64,000 bases of DNA from Podarcis cretensis (lineage: Eukaryota), in assembly GCA_951804945.1 (NCBI GenBank), contig OX638149.1, positions 70,308,001-70,372,000 of the forward strand, read 5' to 3'. This document shows, in pieces, positions 38,870 to 51,584 of the stretch. Both the position numbers and the translations under genes were made by a program. Each line of letters opens with the position of its first letter. Position 1 is the stretch's first letter. A model generated the notes under the pieces. The model saw only the letters and a program-made list of their open reading frames with translations. It made no database searches and was not told the DNA's origin.

Positions 38870-39495
38870 CTGGAAAGTTGAATCTGGCTCACCTGCTGGA
38901 TTGATCAATGGTAGGCAGGCCCAAGGGTGGGCTCATTCCAGGGAGCAGAGCTGGTCCACTTCCCAGGGATAAAAGCAGGGCTGCCTCTCACCCTTTTTTT
39001 AGCTCTCCCACCCTCCCTCCCTATAGTTTTCCCACCAGGTCTATTGGCCGACCTTGGGAGTTTTGCCTAACTCATAGCAATCGCCACAACTTTGGTAGGT
39101 AAGGCATTGGGTGGAACCTTATTCATGGTCGGAAGGAAGGCTGTAAGGCTCTGCCTCCACCTCCAAGGAAATAGGGGATCCTAGAGGAGGTGCTTCTGTC
39201 CAGACACCCAGGGAGTGGACTAGGGCCATAGTACTCCTCATGATAGTGATCCTGGAGAGGTCACATCTATTTGATGTATATCACAGGACCTCCTTGACAC
39301 TGGCTTGACCCCTTGGTGGATCATCCAGCAGAGAAGCTGGTTGATATTGATTATAACCCAATGCCCATGCAAAACTCCTTACATCTGTAACCCATAAAGC
39401 TGTGGCCTAATCTGAACCATGCAATGTTGTCACAAGCAGTCTTTTGGGCAGTGGTACCTTGAGAGGCGGTGGGCTCATGGCACCTGGGCACACAA
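38870..39495 (+). mobile_element. Probable solo terminal-repeat (A-B) remnant of a related Ngaro family
   Basis: Shares motifs and spacing with 9778-10180 (see findings). Carries a TATA-like GGATAAAAG and CCCACCCTCCCTCCCT upstream. The 5' boundary is approximate. Confidence 0.55.
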
Positions 39496-39545
39496 ATGCT
39501 CACCATGCAATTGGGGAATATGAAACAATACCTCTACAACTACTA

Positions 39546-39904
39546 CAGTGGTGCCCCGCAAGATGAACGCCTCGCAGGACGGAAAACCCGCTAGACGAAA
39601 GGGTTTTCCATTTTGGAGGTGCTTCGCAAAACAAATTTCCCTATGGGCTTGCTTCGCAAGACGAAAATGTCTTGCGAGTTCCTGCGGGGTTTTTTTCCTC
39701 CCCCCCCCCCCCTTTTCCTAAGCCGTTAAGCCGCTTATCAGCTGATCTGCTGATAAGACGCTTAACAGCTGATCGCTAAAAGCCGCTAAAACGCTAATAG
39801 CGCTAATTCGCTAAGCTGTCAATGGGCTTGCTTCGCAAGACGAAAAAACCGCTATACAAAGAGCCTCACGGAACGGATTAATTTCGTATTGCGAGGCACC
39901 ACTG
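39546..39904. mobile_element. pogo/Tigger-like MITE
   Basis: TIRs CAGTGGTGCCCCGCAAGATGAA / TTCGTATTGCGAGGCACCACTG, TA TSD on both sides, and internal GCTTCGCAAGACGAAAA repeats. Confidence 0.85.
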
Positions 39905-41417
39905 TAATTTGGGTACACACACACACACACACACACACCCCGCTTCCCCAAAAGGACTAATAGCAGCTTCAACAACAAATTTTCATTGGGGAAACAGTGA
40001 GTTAAGACTAAGCACCCCTTCCTCCAATACTGTAGACCCACTCCAACATTGTTGGCTTTAATCTTAGAAAGACAGAAATCTTGAAATCTGATCATGGACC
40101 TCCTGTGTGACATACAGTATGGTGCTAGCAAATGCACTTTGGCACAAGCTGTCATCATGGACAGGCGATTGTTTCTTCTGATGTGTGCTTGATGACACAT
40201 CCATGTGATGAAGGAAGATCTTGCCTATGAACGCTTATGCCACAATAAATGTGTTAGCCTTAATAATGATTTATTATTTATACCCCACCCATATTGCGGC
40301 ACTTTTGTTTGTTATTTTTAGCCATAGCCTAGAAGATGTCCAGTTAACCCAAGCAGAGAGACAAAAGGGCTGCCTTTAAAAGCTGGGCTAACTAAGCCAG
40401 AGAAAACAGCTGCTCCCGCTAATCAGTGCAAACAGCTATCAAGACTTGCTGCTTTCTGAAGAGCGGCCAATAATTGGTCATTTTAGCAAAAGCCAGGACA
40501 CAAGTCCAATCACGCATCACCTTCTATCACTGGCACGCTAACTCAGCCTCAGTGCCAGAGAAGGAGGTAGAAGGGTCTCCTTCAAGGGATATTAACATTA
40601 ACAGTACACACAACAAGCTCATGTGTATGAGTGTAAAGGCCATTGAGCAAAGGCACTGCATTGTACAAAAATATCATGCTCAAAGTGTAAGGTCTAAAAA
40701 CAGAAAATGACTTAGAGGACTCGAGTTCTAGTGTATCTCATATGGCAAAGCAGATCTCTCATTTGTAAATGTATTAAAATAAAGTAAAAAGAATTATTTC
40801 CTTCTAATAGGCCTCTGTATACAATAGAGATTTAATCTACAGTTAAGGAGGGCAGAGGAGGACACATGCTCAATAGTACAAATGTGCTTCACTTTGACTG
40901 GATACTGCCCTTAAACGTCAACAGCATAATGTATATAATAAAGCTACCCATTCTTTCTGTTCTGCTTTGCTAACATCAATTTGAAAAGGAGCAGGAATAT
41001 TTACAGTAAACAGTCCTAAAATGTTAACAATTTGCGGTGCCTTAAAGGCTAATTGTTCATTGTGGCATAAGCTTTTATAGACCAGAGCCACCTCTGTCAG
41101 ATACACGACTTGTTATCTTGAGTTTGTATATCTATACATCCACGTGTGTAGAGAAAGAAAAAAGCTGGACCCATTAGCCACACACAATATCCAAGAGGAA
41201 CCGTCCATGATAATCCCATGTGAATTCTAAAAGACCAATGGCCAGTATAGCTTCTTCTGATGTCACCTTTAACAGTGTGGAAGCATGGCTCCGCCCAGTG
41301 CTATTTGAGAAGATGGGAAGTCTGAAGCCACATGATAAGGCAGAAGACCACACTATTGTACCCTTTTGCACTAGCTCTGCCCCTTGGTGTGGGAAGAAAC
41401 CAGAGATGTGGCTTAGA

Positions 41418-41671
41418 CAAGGGTCAGCAAACTTTTTCAGCAGGGGGCCGGTCCACTGTCCCTCAGACCTTGTGGGGGGCTGGACTATATTTTTTGGGGG
41501 GTGGGGGATGAACGAATTCCTATGCCCCACAAATAACCCAGAGATGCATTTTAAATAAAAGGAAAAGTTGTACTCATGTAAAAACACATTGATTCCCGGA
41601 CCGTCCGCGGGATGGATTAGGAAGGCAATTGGGCCAGATTTGGCCCCTGGGCCTTAGTTTGCCTACCCATG
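41418..41671. mobile_element. hAT MITE
   Basis: TIRs CAAGGGTCAGCAAACT / AGTTTGCCTACCCATG, flanked by GCTTAGA on both sides. Confidence 0.8.
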
Positions 41672-41679
41672 GCTTAGAT

Positions 41680-41828
41680 CAGGGGTGCCCAAACTTTTTT
41701 CAAAGAGGGCCAGATTTGATGAAGTAAACATGAGGTTTTTTAGGAATTTACCCCAGGACATATACTGCCACGGGGGCCAGATTAAATCGACTGGATTAGG
41801 CCCCCGAAATGGATTTTGGACATGCCTG
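41680..41828. mobile_element. hAT MITE (second family)
   Basis: TIRs CAGGGGTGCCCAAA / TTTGGACATGCCTG with 8-bp TSD GCTTAGAT (41672-41679 / 41829-41836). Confidence 0.8.
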
Positions 41829-42700
41829 GCTTAGATCATCTGATGTTGCTGAACAAGCTCAGGAAGAGACTGAGATGCCTCTAAAGGTATTGTTAAGAGG
41901 TGATTCAGATCAGATCAGGGCATTTCTTTTAATCATTTCACAATCACTACTTCCAATAGGGTGTGTCCCCAACTTTCCAGTTAGCATATTAGGAAGATCT
42001 TTGAATCTGAAATTAAAGCTATGCTTTCATTTTCAGGTTGATTAAATAGGAATTGTCTTACGAGTATGAAAATGCATTAGAATATTGCTCTTCCATCTAG
42101 AAATACTCTTTGTAGAAGAGTAGAAAAAGTAAACACTCATTATGCAGGGATGTGCGAAAAGAACAAGGAGGAGGATTGGCTTATCCTAAGGGTTAATTAG
42201 TACACATCAATTAATATTATGAATCTACCTTTAGAACTGTTATGCTACCTGAAAATCTAATTATCTTGGAGGTAATACTACACTTTATTTGAATATGTAA
42301 CAGATGGTATAAGCATATAAATAGGCAAAGTACTTTTATGGCCTTTTAATGTTTGTCCAGCCATGAATGCTGTTAGCTAATGTGGAACTGCAGAGGACTG
42401 CATGTTCTGATGCCTGTCAATCTTCTTTTCTCATTTTACTATAATGAAAGTGACTCATGCGCTCATATTCATAGCAGCATGCCATATTGCTCCTCCAATC
42501 CTAAAACAACCCTAAAGTAACATACACACACATTACCAAATTGTTTAGCAGATTTAGTATTTCAATGCTTCACTAAAGGCTATAAATGTTGAGAGCTGAA
42601 ATGGTAAGACACAGGAGTCACCATTTTTGGTACTGTAGACACATATTTATTTCATGTCCATTCTAGACAAACGAGTCTGCAGGTTTTAGAATCACTATAC

Positions 42701-42884
42701 CAGGAGTAGTCAACCTTTTTATACCTACTGCCTACTAATGAATCTTTCTTGATGGTAAAATTTCCTTGCCACCCACCAGTGCTCGATGGAAGGAGGATTC
42801 AGCTTGTGCCGTAGAACCCCCACCGCCCACCTAGAATCCTGAAACACCCACTAGTGGGACGTAAGGACCAGGTTGACAACCCTG
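42701..42884. mobile_element. hAT MITE
   Basis: TIRs CAGGAGTAGTCAACC / GGTTGACAACCCTG with perfect 8-bp TSD CACTATAC. Confidence 0.85.
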
Positions 42885-42900
42885 CACTATACAAACCTTG

Positions 42901-43148
42901 AAACAAAATAAAAAAAAAAATAAAAAAAAATGTAATCCTTCCAGTAGCACCTTAGAGACCAACTCAGTTAGTTATTGGTATAAGCTTTCGTGTGCATGCA
43001 CACTTCTTCAGATATGCACATGAAAGCTCATACCAATAACTAACTTAGTTGGTCTCGAAGGTGCTACTGGAAGGAATTTTTTAATATATATTTTTATTTA
43101 TTTTATTTTGTTTGGACTACGACAGACCAACACGGCTACCTACCTGTA
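42901..43148. mobile_element. Penelope-like element remnant (inverted pLTR pair)
   Basis: Long inverted repeat CCAGTAGCACCTTAGAGACCAACT / AGTTGGTCTCGAAGGTGCTACTGG, typical of squamate Penelope ends. 15-bp TSD ACTATACAAACCTTG (42886-42900 / 43149-43163). Confidence 0.8.
42977..43014 (-). ncRNA. Minimal type I hammerhead ribozyme core (Penelope-associated)
   Basis: Minus strand reads TAT-CTGAAGA-A-GTGTGCATGCACAC-GAAA-GCTTA-TACC: CUGANGA and GAAA boxes, a palindromic stem II, and a short palindromic stem III. Confidence 0.7.
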
Positions 43149-45030
43149 ACTATACAAACCTTGTTGCTCCAAAATGATAGTGGGATGATTGTGCATACCA
43201 CAGGTAGCAATGCCTCTTTCATGCCACCTTCAATTCTCTGAGATAACACAGCATAAGGAACAGTGGGCAAAAAAACCTGCTTACCCCATTTAGGGTGGGC
43301 AACAGTTGCAGCCTGGCACAGTTCCTCAGGAATTGAGGTGGCCCCCTCCCAACTGGCTGTTTGGCTTTGGCCCCAACTGGCTGCAGGGGGTGACTGGATC
43401 ACCTGCCAGATTCTAATTCAAACTGTCCCCCACCAAATTCCCCCCCCCCACTGGGCTGTAGTCTATTCTGGGCGGGGGAGGGGTAGTGTGAGATGGTTTA
43501 CCTTCATGGTGGGCCTCTCTCTACTGCTTATCTCCTTTCACCTTCTGTTGCAGCTACCAGGTTGAGATTCCTCATAGGGTTTGTGCTTCTTGGCCTCGGG
43601 TGTTGGTTGTTCCAATAGTCCCCTTTGTGCTTATTCTTTTGTAACTATTGCCCCTAATCAAGCACTTTGTGCCCACTTGCTACTTGTGAATATACAGTTT
43701 CACAGGTCTATGAGCCAAAATGAATAGGCTTTTACTATGCAATTTGAAGTTTGAGACACCTGTTGGAACTTGTGGTTGCTATGACGAGCTATTCATACAG
43801 GCATCAGCATCCTCCAGCTTGCCTGTTTGGGTTCCTCTGCGAGGGTGACACTGGCCATAGTAGTATGTTTGGGTGTCCCACAGTGTACAAGCGCAAGGGC
43901 CAATCACTGATCCTAGGATGGCAGATAGGATACCGAACAGAGGTTCAATCCTAACCCCACTTAACTGGGAGTATACCCCACTGAATTCAATAGGACTTGC
44001 TTCTGAGTAGACATGGTTAGGATTGCACTGTAAGCTGGCCACTCCTCTGCCACATGGTCATTCCTCTTCCCCATGCTTTTGTCTTTGCCCCAGCATAGTA
44101 TAGCTTTTGGTTCAGTGTGGGAGCACAAGGGTAAAATTCAGTGTGATTCTGCTCACACAGTTCTTATCAAAGACTGCATTATTTGAAAAACAACAGCCCT
44201 AATATTGAGATGAGAGAAATACTTCAGAAACGATTTCTAAAAGCTTCATGACAAATTCCCTGTTAGAAAGAAATGCTTTAATAACTATCCAGCTATTCTA
44301 TTTCTAATTTCCATATTTTTACCTGTAAAGGAAGCATTCCCCGCTTCTACCGGCCTAGAAGACATTTCAGAAAAACTCATTTCCTCCCTGCAAATGCATA
44401 ATTTGTCCTTCTTTCCTAGAAAGCAGGCCATTCTGTATAGCACACACCTCTCCTTCTTTTGACAAATTACTACCGTTATTTAGAAAGATCAAATATTGTT
44501 TTGCCAAGGAAGAAACTTTTAAGACCTGCCAAAAAATTGGTTCTGTGGAATATGTCATTTCCTACTCAGGCTCCTGTCACTGAAAGAACTAACTTTCTGA
44601 TATCTCATATACCCAACCGTTTTTATGATAGCAGTTGCAACTAATGGTATGCCTGCAGTTTTGTTCTCTCGACAGAAGTGTTGATGCTATCAAGCATCTC
44701 AGCAGTTATTAGCAACATTTGTAACTACTGTGATACATGGGTAATGGGCAGGGCGGCGAAATCGTAAGAGGCTGTAATAAGTATTTTACTTAGGTGTGAT
44801 GTAAGCAGCAAACTAGTCAGTGAGTTCCAAAATGAGCACTAAAAAGATTAGTGCTCCTTTTGGATCTAAAGTAAGACAGGGAAATTGAAGAAAAGCTAAT
44901 GTTTCATGTGTTGTTCTTTGCATCCTTGTTCATGGCAGAAGGTGTTGGGGAAATTATTTTACTAATATATGGCAGTAGCTTCAATCAACTGCCAAAATGC
45001 AGCTAGCAGATCTCTACCTTTGCTTACAGT

Positions 45031-45670
45031 CTAACTACTGTTGATTATGCTCTGGTAACCTCAAGGTTAGATTACTGTAATGTGTAGGCTGCCTCTGAAT
45101 ATGGTTTGGAAACTTCAGCTAGTGCAGAATTTAGCGGCCAGGTTGCTTACCGGAACCAGACAGTTTGAACATATTACACCGATCCTAGTCCGACTACACT
45201 GGCTGCCAATTAGTTTCTGGACCCAATTAAAAGTGCTGGTTTTGACCTATAAAGCTACAAATGGCTCAGAACCACAATACCTCAAGGACCACCTCTTTCC
45301 ACATGAAACTACCCAAATCCTGAGATAATCTTCTGAGGCCCTCCTTTGTGTGCCTCTTCCTCGAGAAGTCCAGAGGGTGGCAACACGAGAACAGGCCTTT
45401 TCTGTAATGGCTCCCCGTCTGTGGAATGCTCTCCCCAGGGAAGTTTGCCTGGCGCCTTCATTATACACCTTAAGGTGCCAGGCAAAAACATTCCTTTTTA
45501 ACCAGGCCTTTGGTTGATTTGATTGACATCCTATGCCCTTTTAAAATGGGGGAGGCTATTGGGTTGTTGTTTTTATTTTGATTATGTATTTTGTGGTTTT
45601 ATATTCTGATTTTATTCTGTGAACCACCCTGAGACCTGTGGGTTTAGGGTGGTATATAAATTCAATAAAT
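45031..45670 (+). mobile_element. Older L2 LINE 3' fragment
   Basis: ALVTSRLDYCN, KLQLVQNLAARLLTG...HITPILVRLHWLP, with stops and frameshifts and an L2-type tail. Confidence 0.85.
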
Positions 45671-46722
45671 ATTAAAATAATACAGTCTTTACATATCCAT
45701 TCAGGTTTTCGTTAATTATTGAATTTCAAGTTCCAACAGAGCCTAAATTGAACTAGTCTTTAAATTATCATTTCCCCTTGAGTAGGGTGGCTTAAGCCTA
45801 ATTAAAATTCATATCCTTCCCCATTTGGGAGAAATGTCCTGAATTTGAAAGAATATCAGTTTTTAAATATGAGGGTGCCCCCCCCCAAAAAAATGGAAAA
45901 ATAATTGACAGGGTGCCACAGTTGTGCCACTACCTGCATATGCAACCTTGGCTAACAGTCCTAAGCTCAATACTGTATGAACAACAAAATCAAAGTGACT
46001 CGATTTCTGTTTCTTACAGCAATAGTATTCTTTGGGATTTGCCTCAATGCATTCAAGAGACTTTACAAAATCACAGCAACAATAAGGTTTTCAAGTCTGC
46101 ATAAAATAGGTCTCCGCGGAAAACCAGCTGCTGTGATTCTGCTCAGGCAAATGCAGTGCAAGTTTACAAGCTCCACTTTTTCATAGCATTTCTTAAAAGT
46201 GACAGTGTCTATCAGGCTTACATGTTTTGCTTTTCCACTGGGAATGAATAAAATCCTTTCACCTGCCATGTGACATGCTGCCATACTGCAGGGGCGGGCT
46301 GACTTTCGACAGGTCCACCCCTGAGTATTCTTTAGCTGTTAATCCACATTTCCCCCCTTCAAATGAGACTGGCGTGCTCCACATGCATATCTGAATGTTT
46401 GTTTCAGGAACAACCTCAGTCCTTATCATTCATACCAGTAGGTATCCCCTTCTGCGCTTCCCCCTGCCTTCCAATTTGTTGATTCTATCAGGTCTTTTAT
46501 AGTGTGATACAAGGCACTTAAAAGTGAGTCACCTGACATCATTATGATGGCATGTGATTGACAGATGGGCAGCCTTACCCACTCGTCAAATTTAGCCTGC
46601 AGGGGACAGGGTGAGTAAGGATATGGCCCAGTGACTGCATGCCGTTTCCCAGCCCTGCTGCAGATCATGCTTAAGGCTGTTTACACGATCTTATTTCCTC
46701 ATACCTATGAGTGGTGTTTCTC

Positions 46723-47355
46723 TGTTCCGAGGTCTGCCAGAGCCAAGCTGAGCAAACAACCATTTGGATGATGAGCCGCCAGCTCTCTCAAGAACTACAA
46801 GTCCTGGCGTTCTTGACCTGTTGCTCATATGCCCTGTGCAGAGATAGGAGGAACCAAGAGGGAGTGGTATTTTAGTGGCAGCAGGAGGAACAACAATCAA
46901 TGAAATTAGGGGCATTAAGAACCCAGGGACAGTTCTACTGATAGGATTTTGTCCATCTGTCCAGGTCAGTAAGGCTGGAGCCTGGATGGCTGTTGTTACT
47001 TCAGCAACAAAGCAGCCCATGCTGGGAGCTGATATAGAAGCTCAAGGCGCCATCACCTGGCTCTTGGGTTAGACCCTGATCCGAGCAGGCATTTCCTTGA
47101 TTTCCCCCCTCCCAAGTAGCCTCACATACAATTAGCTTTGGCAATGACTCTAAAATGCTTACTTGGCTTCTTGTCTCCCCTGCTGCTGTGGCCCAGGGAG
47201 CTGATACAGGGACCAGAAGAGCAGCAGGGATATTCAGATCTGCTGGCTCCCCAAGGCTGTTGTCAATGTGCAGGGCTGCTGCAGCTGCCTCCTCTACTTG
47301 CTGCTCATCTGAAAGAACCTTGGGTCCAAGGTCTGGGCAAGGCTGGACCCTGACA
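46723..47355 (-). mobile_element. Possible decayed solo LTR
   Basis: Minus strand begins TGTCAGGG and may end GGAACA. GC-richer than the flanks, with a TATA-like segment. No TSD found. Confidence 0.3.
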
Positions 47356-47460
47356 GCTTTATAGAGCCCCAAATATATAGGAGCATATTAGTTAGAAGTC
47401 TGGTCTTCAGAATGCATGGAATAACTGATGCTAGATCCCAGTCTTTAAGAGATTGCTTGA

Positions 47461-47462
<2 letters not shown>

Positions 47463-47500
<38 letters not shown>
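47463..47500. repeat. (GT)n microsatellite
   Basis: Direct reading. Confidence 0.95.
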
Positions 47501-47504
<4 letters not shown>

Positions 47505-49015
47505 CACAGATTAGGCCATCGGAAACATAAGTAGAAGTACCTAAAGATCCTAGATGCACTGATAAACTGTTTTGCCAAATGCAAGAGTTCTTTTGGATCC
47601 ATTGGCAATAACAACACATGAGGAAGGAAGTTCACTGCTTAAGTATAATAACACAGCATGAGCGAAATAAAACTACTTTCTCACTCTGTTATCAGAAGCC
47701 CAATAACAGAGACCCTCCAGCTGGCCAGCATCCTTCTGATCAGGACCTACCGTAAGTCAAAGTTCCAGGGGCCAGGCCCCATCTAAGACATTTATATATT
47801 CTAGATACTTAGTGACCACCTGCTGGCTGGCCTAATATCTAAATTCCTCCCACCTGTTAAACTAGGAGGCCAGCATAGTTAATCAACTCTGCAGCTGCAT
47901 TTCTTAGCATACAGCTGGCCCACATCCTGCTGCTACTTACCCTGGAGCACAAAGAGTATATCATTAAAGCCAACCAAAATCCCTTGCGGGTCCCAGAGGT
48001 TCCAGTAAGCAGGGAAGAAGAATCATACAAACCAGTCAACCTACCTCCTCAAAAGACAAAAGTCTTCCACAGTAGCTTTCCCCTACATTAACCTTCCAGT
48101 TTTTCCAAATAAACAAGGCCTTTAATGGGTGATGTTAGAAGAAGGGGGCCCTGCTACCAGTCTATGCTGGGCCCAGAGTAACAATCCTTGGGCACTGGGC
48201 TGATTTCTATACGGAGAGGGATTATTAATAAAATGTATTTGACTTGTATTTGGTGCGGGGGGGGGGGGAGAGAGACTTGTTCTGGTTCTACTTTGATTCA
48301 GATACCAGAGGATTAATAATTTGTAGTAGTAAAAAGAGGTTGATTGCACTCCTAAAACTTCTGATATTCCTATATCAAATCAAAGTGAATGGGAAAAAGG
48401 ACTAGGATATTGCTAAATCAGAGAATATGGATGCTCATTTGTGTGCACTTCATCCTTCCTCTGGAATAGGGTGGGTTTTAAGAGATATGAGGTGGCATGC
48501 ATAGCAAGATAGCATTTATATTCAGAGCCTGTGAGTTTAGACTTTGTCACTGTGAGCCTGTGCACCAAAAGAATAGGGAGGGAAATAATGCTTTGGGCTC
48601 CTTGCCCTAAAAGCAGTCTCCATTTATCCCCATAACAGGCACGATAGATAGGAGATAAGATTTTTTTTAAAAAAAGAATCACAATTCTCTACAGCAGCCT
48701 TTAGACACATTTGCAGGCAAATCAAAAAGAACATGAGAACATGAAGAAGATTAAGACACCAAAAGGTCAAGGTTTATACAACCCAGACCTTTCTTTCTGA
48801 GGACATTTTAATAGATTGTGTGGGATGGCTGGGAATCTTTATGAGTCACTATTGAATGTGTTGCACCCGATCTGTATTGTGGCCTATCATGGAAAACACT
48901 TTGTAGTCCCCGGGCAAGTGGGGTGGACATTGGTGTGGAAGTGTGGCTTCCATTTTGTTTGCTAGGTAAAACATTTTAGAAGCTGTGACGCAATCACTTT
49001 AGCATCTGGCAGCAG

Positions 49016-49388
49016 TAGAGGCATAGCTCGGGAGGGCGGTGGGTGCCACACCGCAGGGGACGGCACTTACCGTGCCTGAGCCATGCGTCTCTCCTGGGAG
49101 TGATGTGGTGGCTTGGGCGCCTGCAGGCTCTGCATTGCCCAAAAGGGCAGTGTGGGGCTTGCGTCTGCCTGCCCCTTCTACAGCTGAGAGGGAGGCAGCA
49201 GACAGACTAGCTGCAGGCTCCATGCTGCTCAAAAAAGCAATGCGGACCTACAAGGTGCTGGAGCGGAATGGGGCTCGGGCACTGGGATTCTAGCACGCCC
49301 TGACCCACAAGTGCATTGCCCCACCCCTGGGGGGCGCACACACACGCACACACACACACGGGCACTTAAGCGGCCAGCTACGCTGCTG
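49016..49388. mobile_element. GC-rich hAT-like MITE
   Basis: 8-bp TSD GGCAGCAG (49008-49015 / 49389-49396) and imperfect TIRs TAGAGGCATAGCT / AGCTACGCTGCTG. Confidence 0.7.
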
Positions 49389-51113
49389 GGCAGCAGCAGG
49401 AGAGCTCAGGTGATGCATCACTTTAACTCAGGGGAGGGTAACTTTTTCCGGTCCTTTGTGGGAAACCCTCCAGGGGCTGCATGTTAAGGTAGCAGTAGAT
49501 AAGGGAGTTGAGACCGGAGGTAAAGTTAGGCAGTGCAAAGGATTGCAGCTTGTATTTTTGTACAGTAGACTACAATCCAACCAGGCAAAAGTCTGGTTTC
49601 TACACATACAAACACACCCTTCTATCCACCATTCTTGGGAGTTGGAAGCTGGGCTGGCAATTGCTGCCATATTTCTCTATCTCTCTGCCAGGAAGAACCC
49701 TTTTCTCAGCTTGTGTATTGAAGGGAAGACATGCTTAACAAGATGGATGACCGCAGTGATTTGCTGATCTTAAAGTGACAGGCTGGAGTAGATCGGACGT
49801 GTGCCACACCCTCCAGATATTGATGGACTATAACTCCCACTATCCAAGGCCCATGCAGGCAGAGGCTATGGAAGCTGGAGTTCAAGCAGGACTGGAGGGC
49901 ACCATTTGCGTATTGCAACTATCCACATTTACCTGGGATTAAATTGGACACAATGTGACTTACTCTGGAATAAATTGGACTGTGAGTATAGTTAGGAAGG
50001 TGACAGTTCACGCCAACAGTTACCCATCCTATGACCTGAGGCTTAGTGCTTAATGAAAGACTAAAGGGGTGGAAGGGGCTCAAGCGTAGCTGTATATACT
50101 ATTTGAGTTTCATCCTCCACCTAGTAGGCACAGGAGGTATTGGAAATTTGAGCACCAGATACTGTAAGTGAACTTCCTCATTTACCTTAAAGGAATGTTA
50201 ATTTCAGAGCTCTCCTGGGGCCATTAAAATGCTGGTATTGTTGAAGTGTTGAGCCAAAAAGGGGGGGAGGGGGGAAAACCTAATGTGTGTCATTGAAAAC
50301 GCAATTATAAAGGACAGCTGCATGCACCTGGGTTTTTGACCCTGAAGAGCTTTGCAAAATGAAATGCCACAAAACCAGAAGCATCCCATGACAGCTTAAT
50401 GGAATGGAGGCAAACAAAGCCCACATATGATGGATTTTGAATTGCTGCTACAAATGGAGCATTACGGGACATCGCTCCAATTAATGAGCAGTTTGGTTCA
50501 TTGGCACCAACTAAAACGACTTTCAAGAGGATATTTACTTAGGGTCAAAACTCATCCCGCTAACATGCTGCTTGAGTAAATGGTCTGTGTGATGGGAAGG
50601 ATGAGTGATGGGAAGGAAATGCTATCATTTTGGGCACTCCGTGCAAGCTCCTGTGGAAATAGGGCAGCCATGGACCATCCCAAAAAAAGGGCCTGATGAC
50701 TCTTCAGTGGGTTCTGTAGGACAACTGAATAATGGCTGAAAATAGAACTCATTCAGGCATCATCTAATAATGCAGCACTTGCTCTGAGCTGTGACATGCT
50801 AACCAAACATTAGAAGGTGGCTTACAGTCCATCCAAAAGGCATCTGTAGGACAAAACAGAACTTCTGCTCTCCTCTTTAAGCCACTGTTGAATAAGCAGC
50901 ATGCATCAGGCCTGGCATGCCATCTTAATATCTGAAATACACTGTATATTTTGTTTGATATTGTGAGTTGGTAGTCTGGTTGTATTGTTATCCCACCCAC
51001 ATACCCACACACACCCTTTTTATTTCCCTAAGCCATTGTATAGAGGCAGGACAGAAAATGCACTAACTATGGCCCTGTTCAAGCATTCAGATGGTGTTCA
51101 GTAAACACAGATA

Positions 51114-51202
51114 GGGAAGAGCCATAGCTCAATGGAAGAGCATCTGCAGTGCAGGCAGAAGATCCCGGGTTCAATGCCTGACCGCCCTGAAATCCTAGAA
51201 AG

Positions 51203-51238
<36 letters not shown>

Positions 51239-51309
51239 AGTGCAGACAATGCTGAGCTAGATGAACCAATGGTCTGACACAGTATAAAGCAGCTTCCTAT
51301 GTTCCTATG
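51114..51309 (+). mobile_element. Squam3-like SINE with internal (GCT)n expansion
   Basis: tRNA-like head GCCATAGCTCAATGG...GGTTCAATGCC and CR1-like tail TTCCTATGTTCCTATG. (GCT)n at about 51208-51237. Confidence 0.75.
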
Positions 51310-51386
51310 CCAGGTTCATGAGAACATCTGCAGGGAGACCCCATGCCTATAGAAAAGGTAGGATTCCCAATTATGCATGCGGACAA

Positions 51387-51388
<2 letters not shown>

Positions 51389-51425
<37 letters not shown>
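51389..51425. repeat. (GT)n microsatellite
   Basis: Direct reading. Confidence 0.95.
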
Positions 51426-51426
<1 letters not shown>

Positions 51427-51584
51427 GAACAAGCTGATAAACTGCTTCACAGCCCGAATCCGTCAAAGCGGCACACAATGGGCTTAAAATGAAATAAAAT
51501 AAAAAAATACAAGAAAGCCATTTCTATAAACTCTGAAACAATAAAGCCACTCCTACAAAGTCTAAAATCAATAATACCTTTTCT

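Noticed and set aside
40204-40262. Possible second Penelope hammerhead (GTGATGAAG...GAACGCTTATGCCACAATAAA)
   Set aside because: It resembles an old pLTR scrap, but both core boxes are mutated and stem II does not pair well.
51114-51185. tRNA-like sequence (also the heads of the Sauria SINEs)
   Set aside because: These are SINE heads with A/B boxes that continue into SINE bodies. No intact cloverleaf.
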